58,157 bases of DNA from Ministeria vibrans ATCC 50519. Taxonomy: Eukaryota; Protista; Filasterea. The DNA is taken from positions 1 to 58,157 of the forward strand of contig CALSCP010001726.1 of the NCBI GenBank assembly GCA_943704425.1, read 5' to 3'. The position numbers were made by a program, and so were the translations under genes. Positions within the stretch are counted from its first letter, which is position 1. Each line of letters opens with the position of its first letter. The notes under the pieces were generated by a model. The model was given only the letters and a program-made list of their open reading frames with translations, made no database searches and was not told the DNA's origin. This document shows, in pieces, positions 48,823 to 58,157 of this stretch.

Positions 48823-49408
48823 ATGGGTGTTGAAAGAGTTGAAACGGCCAAGGCATGCATGCGCTTCCACATTGTGATGGGTCTGCTTCAAATGCTCGTT
48901 TGTTGTGTGTTTTGCTTCTCGGGCGATCACGCCGTCGTTGCCAAGGCGTTTACCGGCGCGCACCACCAGGTAGGATGATGCAAGTGGAAGCTAGATCGGC
49001 CCTCTTTGAAGCAAGCAAACAACGGCTTGTAGTTTGCGCACAACGGCGAATTCGAGTTGGTGTTGGCCTTTGTCTTTCCGCACGCATTGGGGCTCTCCTC
49101 GTTCACGCTGAAGCTCGCCAGCCTGCTGGTGCTTGTAGGCACCTGGTCTAATCCCATTGCGTACTGTTTCATTGCCTTTTCTGGCCACCATTCGGATATA
49201 ATGGCCAAAACCTTTCCCGACTTGAAGGTAAACACACAATACAAATTGGCGCATTTCACACAATTTTTTAATCATCCTTTTCTTCCAGCCTGGCCCATAC
49301 GGCACGGCAGCCGACATGACGCTGACTGTGTGTGCCATCACCATGATTTCAGCGATCCTCTTGCTGATCAGCGGCTCTCTACGCCATCCCAAAGTGAAAG
49401 TGCAATAA
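48823..49408 (+). CDS. Styrene oxide isomerase (StyC)-like 4-TM putative heme protein, 3 exons, 153 aa
   Basis: Exons 48823-48969, 49033-49227 and 49289-49408 with phase-0 GT-AG introns give MGVERVETAKACMRFHIVMGLLQMLVCCVFCFSGDHAVVAKAFTGAHHQFAHNGEFELVLAFVFPHALGLSSFTLKLASLLVLVGTWSNPIAYCFIAFSGHHSDIMAKTFPDLKPGPYGTAADMTLTVCAITMISAILLLISGSLRHPKVKVQ*. The AHxxxxxNG and WSNxxxY motifs match StyC. Confidence 0.72.
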
Positions 49409-49639
49409 TAGTATTGATGATTGGGCTCAGCTTCACACGCAGCGTGCCGCAGCGCCACTTGGAGCAAAAAATAGTGAGTAATTAATAATGCAGATAGCAG
49501 CATGTGTCAACAGAGACTGGCTAAGGATTTGGGGTTCAGAATTCAGATCATTTTGAGTGAATAATACTAATAATCGAATAAAGTGATTAATCATTAATAA
49601 CACACGTTTTCTTGTTCGTTCACTCCTCACATTTGCACC

Positions 49640-51080
49640 ATGTTACGAAGACAGGCGCGCGAGCGTCGCGAGTATTTGTATCGAAAGGCTTTGGAAGAAC
49701 AGTAATATAAAAAAGGGAATCGTTTTCACGTGTACGGACAATGGCGATGCTAAACATGCATGCGTTGCGGCGACCACCTAGGGACCGCGCCACCCAGTCA
49801 CGGAAGCGCAAGTTGAAGGACGCCCTCGAAGACGGGAAGCAGATACCGCAAGGTAAAGCATTTGCGCTGAAGACAGTCGCGCCGTTTTGCGCCTCTGCTC
49901 GCCTTCCAGGCGGTCTGCGGCGCCTCTCGTGCCGACGTGCAGTAAAAAGATGTGCTCACCAGCCCGCCATGGCGCCCTGTAGAGCTTCGTGAGGACGCAG
50001 TGAAGTTACATCGCGAAATCGAACTTGACGACGATCTGACGGCGGAGCTTAAGACGCACGAGGACGACGAGTACGCGCACGCCGGCACGCGCGACCCGAA
50101 GATCATGATCACCACAAGGTACAGGGGGTGCTCAGCAAAGAGAGTCGTGTAAGGTTTGACGTGTCGTCGTTTCGTCTGTGCAGTCGTGATCCCTCGTCCA
50201 AACTCAAGCAGTTCACTAAGGAGTTTAAACTGCTCTTTCCCAACGCACAACGAATGAACCGCGGCGGAACAATCGTCAAAGAGGTACACACAACTAAAGA
50301 TGCTGAAGAAGAAGAAGAAGAAGAAGAAAAAGACAAACCTTTTGGCAACTGTGACTGATTGTGCAATTGAGTTGTAGCTGGTTGAGGCTTGTCGCACCAA
50401 CGACGTCACAGACCTCCTGATTCTCAGCGAGCACCGAGGACAGCCCGACGGGCTGATCGTGTGCCATCTTCCGCATGGCCCCACCGCCTACTTTACACTC
50501 GCCAATGTCGTCATGCGTCATGATGTGCCTCAGATGCAGCGATCGACTGTCTCCGAGGCCTTTCCTCACCTGATTTTTGATAACTTTTCCACAAAGTTGG
50601 GTGAGCGCATGCGCAACATTTTAAGGTGAGCGGAAAACATTGCGTGCTCATTGCGTGTCTATTTTGTGTGCGTGCCTGTCTGTGGGTTTGTCCGTGTCTG
50701 AGTGTGCTTTGTGTGTGTGCCAAGTGCTTGTTTGACTGAGTGTTTTGGGTTTAGGTATTTGTATCCGGTTCCACGAGAGGACACTTCACGTGTGATGACT
50801 TATGCGAATGAGGGGGATTACATCTCGTTTCGCCATCATACGTTTGTGAAGAAGGGAAAGGATGTGGAGTTGACGGAGGTTGGGCCGCGCTTTGAGATGA
50901 GACCCTATCAGGTGAGACTACCCTAATGTTAAGACGACGTGTCGTTCAAACCCTAACCGCAATGGCCACTCGCAGATCCTCTTGGGCACTCTGGACATGG
51001 CTGACACGTGTGATCGCGAGTGGGTCCACCGTCCATACATGCACACTGCATTTAAGCGTCAACACTTGTCCGACAAGTAA
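49640..51080 (+). CDS. IMP4: U3 snoRNP protein IMP4 (Brix domain)
   Basis: [73 protein letters not shown]. Confidence 0.96.
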
Positions 51081-51365
51081 CTGCCCCTCTTTTGTCACTT
51101 CTTCACAGTTTCGTTTTTTCTTTTTTTTTGTATTCTAAGAAGACTTTTTTTTTCACATTTGCATTCGAGCAATAAAGCGAATATTCAAACAACTCGCCTC
51201 AGCGGAAAGTCGAAAAAAAATTCGTATACACTTCATATTTTCAAAGTAAAGTTATGAACAAGTCAGAAGCACGTATAAAGCACCAACTCACAAAGTACAA
51301 ACAACCCAACAACGAGTCCTAAACAAAATTACGTCCAAAATAATTAAAAGTAAACCATTAATGCG

Positions 51366-53342
51366 TTACATTTTAATGGAAGAGGGAACGACACAGTATG
51401 AAGGAACAGCATTCGAATCGGAATGGGACACAATTCGCAGTCGCTGTAGGCGCACGAGCACAAGCAAAATCGCCTTTGCTGCATTTTCCATCTCAAGTTC
51501 ATCTCGAATCTAATGGATAATTTAAACAACAATGACGTGAGTGTGAATTTATTTTTGTTTCTTTGTTTGTACCTCTGATTGATTGACTGTTGGTTCAATG
51601 TGATCTTTTGCTTTGCACGCAACGAACGCGTAAATGCACTGCAGAGCATCGTTAATAAGCTCATAAGAGACCTAAAATAAACAAAAACAATGAAAAACGG
51701 AACGAAATCGAGAAAATGTTTTTTTTATATATATTATATCTGACTTGTTTTGTGAGATAGGACGGAAGAGATTCCCATTCTGACTGATCAATGTTTCGGG
51801 GAGGGATTGAGCAGAAGAGCGATGGATCAGACTCAACAGGTTTGGCAGTGGCCGGAATGACCGAAACGGTCGTCACTCTAATAAAAACGGATTCGCATTC
51901 AAAATTTCTTAATCTTATTGTGAGTTTATGATTGATTGATTGATTGATTGATTAATTGATTGATTGTTTTTTTTTTGTGTGTGTGTGTGTGCGTGACTGT
52001 GATTTTCCCTTCTTACGCAATTGTGGGAGACTGAGCAGACTTTTCCGGCGCTGGTTTTGTCTTCGTCGATTCTTTTGGCTCACTTTCTGTCGAGCGAGTC
52101 ATTGAGATTGATTTTTTGGTGCGGGTGCTTGTGCCTATACCATTCAAAGTGAGCGGTAAACACAAACAAAAAATCTCGTGTTTGTGGGGGATACCTCTGA
52201 GAACGTTCATTGTCAGAGCCGTAATGCCAAAATCTTCCATTGTTGGAGTGCGCGCCTCGGCTGTTTCTTCCTTTACCAGTGCCCTACAAGCACACATGTT
52301 ATTTTAAAGGAAGTTCTTGGAGAGGAAGAAGAAAAACAAACAAAGCGATACATGGAGAGAGATAAACAAGTAATAGAGAGATAAACAAGTGATAGAGAGA
52401 GATAAACAAGTGATTGAGAGAGATAAACAAGTGATAGACAGAGACACACAGAGACACAGAGAGATAAAAAAAAGTGATAGAGAGGATAAACAAGTGATAG
52501 AGAGAGAGAGAGAGAGAGAGTCACCACAATGGGGTGGGATGCGTTACTTGAGCGGCGTCTTTGGAATGTTCTCCGAGGGCGAGTCCTCCTCAGCCGAGTC
52601 GCCTGAGTCGTCCTTGGCTTCACACGACCCTTCCTCTGCGCTCTTGTCTGTTTCTGGCACCGCTGAGTTCTCAACGGCCGCAACAGCAACAGCACTTGAT
52701 TTTTTCGGTGTCTTTGATCCGCCTTGCTTGCGAGGAGTCTCTACAGAACAAACGATGTGAGTTGAGTTGACTGAGTGAACATATTATTATGATGTTATGT
52801 GCAACTGACTCTCACTGTTTGCGCGACCCTCTCCCTTTTTCTTGTATCCGTATTGCTCAAGCGTGTCTTCGATGCGGTTTACCGAGGCATCACATGACTT
52901 GGCAAGAGTTCTAAAACGACAAAGTGAAAAATATTTGAAAAATTCAAAATAAATTAACATTATATAAATCCACTGAGTGTCCTCTAAATCACCTGCAGAT
53001 GGAAAGGATCTTGTCGGCGGTCACTTGAGCATTGGGATGCTTCTGCAGTGCGGCAACAGACCGCTTCAGCTCGTCGGCACTCGCTGTCATTTTGGCTGTC
53101 ACATCACCTAACATTTTTGAAAACAGTTGATCAAAATGCGAAAGTATTTGATGAAGAATCGCCAAAAGCAGCAGCGGGAGCAACAGCAGCGATCGCTTAC
53201 GAATGGCTTCGTTGCGTTCAGCAATGGGGTCCAAGGTGATGTCGTCCTTGTCACGATCGACACGCTGACGCAGATTGTGCGTCTCCTGTTCAATGTTGAC
53301 AAGTTCGCTGCGAAGGCGAGAAAAGTATCCGCGAGCAATCAT
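51366..53342 (-). CDS. SKA3: Spindle and kinetochore-associated protein 3 homolog
   Basis: N-terminal YFSRLRSELVNIEQETHNLRQRVD, IEDTLEQYGY and RTPTMEDFGI (Ska3 motifs). C-terminal IDQSEWESLPSYLTKQVSYELINDAL...AKAILLVLVRLQRL resembles the Ska1-type winged helix. Confidence 0.78.
52350..52520 (-). repeat. Minisatellite variant (CTCTCTATCACTTGTTTAT)n in a SKA3 intron
   Basis: GAGAGATAAACAAGTGATA units visible on the + strand. Confidence 0.85.
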
Positions 53343-53462
53343 GGAAGGTGATAATATATTTCTAATAATAATACTAAAGACGTATTAAAGTCCATAAAAT
53401 ATTTGAGAATGAGATCTTTAATCTTTTGATTTTTCAATTATTTTCGTTTGATTTGTGTCAGA

Positions 53463-55176
<1,714 letters not shown>

Positions 55177-55209
55177 TTTTCTTCTTTTCGGGATTTGGAC
55201 ATGATTAAT

Positions 55210-55246
<37 letters not shown>

Positions 55247-55721
55247 TTTGGTGATGCTCTATTGTTATAGAATGAAATCTATTTTCAATGTGTAATATAT
55301 TTTCAATTTTTTTTTAAACTTTTTTCTTTTTTTGTGGTCAAACCAGAGCATCAAAAGTAGCTGAGACTAATAGTACCGAGAACGATCATCATACCTACAA
55401 AGCGATAGAGGGGGGGAGGGAAAAAAAACGGAGTGATAGAGAGAAAGATACAGTGATGGAGAGAGAGAGAGAGAAACAATGTTCAGTTAATAAAGTTGCT
55501 AGTTATGCACACTCTCAATAAATAATTTAATCAAACCAAAAATATTATTGTCTGTACCGGTCACTAAAAGAAAAAAGAAAAAAGGAGAGCATTAATGATA
55601 AGGCAAACGAAGTATGTGATAAAAAAGAGATGGCTGTTATGTTTGATATGATTGTAAAGAAACTGTGATTATGTGAGTGAGTTGCAATACGACTGACGGA
55701 ATGAGTTCCTGCCACAAATAG

Positions 55722-55945
55722 TCACAAGTACCGGTCATAGCGATCGCGTTCATAGCGATCTCGCTCATACCGATCGCGCTCATAGCGATCCCGTTCGTCA
55801 TACCCATCACTATGATAATAATCGTCTTAATTCGGGTATTGACATGATGAAGATGGGCTCTTACCGTCGTTCGAAGCGATCATCACTGAATTAATAAAAG
55901 CAAAAGCAAAAGCATCCGAAACAGAGGAATTAATGCATTACAATG

Positions 55946-56014
<69 letters not shown>

Positions 56015-57175
56015 GAACTAACCGGCGGTACTCTCGTCGAGGAGGAGAATCGCGACGACGCGGAGGAGACATTCCGCCTGTTCAGGCATAATCATAATAT
56101 TAGTTTATAATAATTAATGTTTTTTGGGACGAAAATATTATCAAATGTCAAACAAAAACAGTTAATCTGTAACATTCTGTTGACTTCTTACGTCCGCCAG
56201 GCCTTCGACCAACGTAGCGACCGGGAGTGGGTGAGCGCGGACGAGCGCGTTTCGCCTAAATGAACACAATACTAATAAGTCATTGTTCTCGATGTGTAAG
56301 CACACATTCTATCGCTTTGTTTCTCACTATCACTTTGCTTCACTCTCACTATCACTCCTTTCTTTCTCGTCTCTCTCTCTCTCTATGTTTCTTTCTCGTC
56401 TCTCTCCCTATCACTTTGTTTCTCTCTCTGTCTCTCTGTCTCTCTGTCCTCTCTTGCACTTTCACCTTTTCCACTGTTAAGATGGATCCCGGGGACAGTG
56501 TTGAGCGATGGAGCTCGGAGATAACGCGCTGGAAGACACAAAATGAGTGAATTAAATGTTATGAGTGAGCAACTGTCACGAAAATGGGGAGAAAAAGATG
56601 ATTGACATCTCTCAGTCCTCTCCTCACCTCGGCATCGTCCAGGGTTGCCACCTGGACAAACCCAAATCCAAACGACTCGTTCGTGCGCGGATCCCGCACA
56701 ACCGAACATCCTTCAATCTGCGCACGAAAGACAGTCAGAGCAAAACGTAGAAAAAAAAAAAAAAAAAAAAAAGAGTGTTCCACTGTTAAACAAGAAAACG
56801 ACTGATGGGGCGCAACCGGTGAGAGGGAGGGTACCTTGGTGACTTTCTCAAAGTGGTCCCGGAGCTCGGGAGTGGTGGCACGGCCGAGGCCTCTGACATA
56901 GAGGTTTGTGCCTGGATTGGCATCGCCTCTGTCGTACGCGCGCCGTCTGCAGGCAGCAACAGCTCAGTCAGTGGTGCGCACGCAGCAGTATCGACCCGAT
57001 GGCTCTTTTTTTATTCGTTTCTTTTGAGGGTGTTTTTTGCTTACGGTGAGCGACTGCGCGAGCGACGTCGACGCTCCGGCGAACGCTCACGCTCCCGCGA
57101 CCGGCCCCCTTCGCGGCTGCGATCGTCGTGGTCATGGTCGTCGTCGCGGTCAGGATCGCGTTCTCGGCTTGACAT
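55722..57175 (-). CDS. TRA2: Transformer-2 / SR45a-like splicing factor (RS-RRM-RS/RD)
   Basis: RS N-terminus (RRRRSRSRSP), NPGTNLYVRGL, VVRDPRTNESFGFGFV (RNP1), TVEKAKRARPRSPTPGRYVG, C-terminal (DRYER)n. Confidence 0.85.
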
Positions 57176-57407
57176 GATGGATAATAAAGTGTATTAGATT
57201 GCTGAATAGTGAAGATTAGTGAGATGAAAGTGAGATTACTTTTAAGACAGGTAAGTTTAGTTTGTTGCAATTGAATTGAAATAGTGTCGACTGATCATCA
57301 TAATGTACGCCTAGGTGACCGATGAATCGCCTCTTTAGTCTTCTCCCCAATGGTCAATAGTCAATACGGATCAGAAGAAAATATAATAATAATAATTAAG
57401 GGTTTCA

Positions 57408-58057
57408 TCATTCTCTCAAGACAGTTGCAAATTTCTGCTGCAGTATCTCAAGACTCTGCAGCTTCTTGCCGAGTGTGGTGTTCTGTTCCTCATAGAGGTT
57501 AAGCTGAAGCTTCCACGACTCAACATTGGCACTGCTCTCTTGCAGCGCAGTCAGCAGACGCGAATTGTTCTGGCGCAGTGTCTGGATCTGCTGCTCCCAA
57601 TCCGCGACATTGGCGGTGCTCTGCGACACCGCATTGCGCAGTCGCCCGTTCTCCTCCTTTACCAAACGCATTTCATCTCGCAGTCGCTGCACTTCCTCCC
57701 GTGCACTCGCAACATTGTCCGTCTGGCTCATCTGTGCACTCGCTGCGTCCCGCTCAAGTGACCCCACCCGCTCAAGAAGTCCGTCCACTTGTTGCTCTTT
57801 TGCTCTCAGTTTTCGCTTCAGCTCCTATCATACACCAGTCCCAATTCAGCATTGATCCATGCGCTTTGTGCAGTCGCGTCTCAAGTCATCGGCCTTACCT
57901 CTACTGCCGCCATGTCCGCTTGAGACGACGCCTTCCTCGCCTCCTCCTCCGCCTGTTGTTGACGCTCCTCCTCTGCAGCCAGCCGTTCTTCTGCTGCCTC
58001 TGCATTCTTGGCCATGGCCGCAGCAAACGCAAGTGATTCGCTGAAATGCTCCGCAAA
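57408..58057 (-). CDS. HOMER: Homer scaffold protein, last two exons (end of EVH1 helix + coiled coil)
   Basis: Exon 57899-58057 begins FAEHFSE (Homer EVH1 end FAEKFQE). Exon 57408-57824 contains ENGRLRNAVSQSTANVADWEQQIQTLRQNNSRLLTALQESSANVESWKLQLNLYEEQN, the Homer coiled-coil signature. Confidence 0.85.
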
Positions 58058-58068
58058 CTACCAAAGAG

Positions 58069-58071
<3 letters not shown>

Positions 58072-58157
<86 letters not shown>
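58072..58157. repeat. (GA)n microsatellite at window end (Homer intron)
   Basis: Directly visible. Confidence 0.95.

Noticed and set aside
37493-49408. Three proteins with dilysine tails in the same window as zeta-COP, suggesting a functional cluster
   Set aside because: Dilysine motifs are common and the genes are interspersed with unrelated ones, so there is no evidence of clustering.
48927-49503. Minus-strand ORFs of 170 aa and 110 aa
   Set aside because: They are antisense to the spliced StyC-like gene, which has canonical splice sites and conserved motifs.

Overview
Gene-dense, intron-rich eukaryotic (protist) nuclear DNA using the standard genetic code and short GT-AG introns. It is full of microsatellites, has four small N gaps, and begins and ends in (GA)n. 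About 24 protein-coding loci can be reconstructed by eye, in order: UBE2K, CHMP3/VPS24, an F-box+ARM protein, an intronless FANCA-like gene, PLAA/Doa1 (5' end missing), COPZ (5' end missing), GCH1, VWA8, COG6, an orphan fragment, a secreted LRR protein, a secreted eqolisin-like glutamic peptidase, a truncated Miro GTPase, an SLC49-type MFS transporter, FGFR1OP2/SIKE, a small mucin-like type I membrane protein, an MBOAT acyltransferase, GPR155/LYCHOS, SIRT7, TMEM161, a StyC-like protein, IMP4, SKA3, an orphan coiled-coil gene, TRA2/SR45a and the 3' half of Homer. Animal-associated genes (Homer, FANCA, SIKE, GPR155) together with a fungal-type GCH1 N-terminus suggest a unicellular opisthokont (inference). 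The most notable items are: (1) a 3-exon, 153-aa gene, not present intact in the ORF track, that resembles bacterial styrene oxide isomerase (StyC), keeps the heme-ligand and catalytic residue pattern and has gained an ER-retrieval tail; (2) an apparent FANCA in a unicell; (3) a G1-like glutamic peptidase. All family assignments come from recalled motifs, not from database searches.
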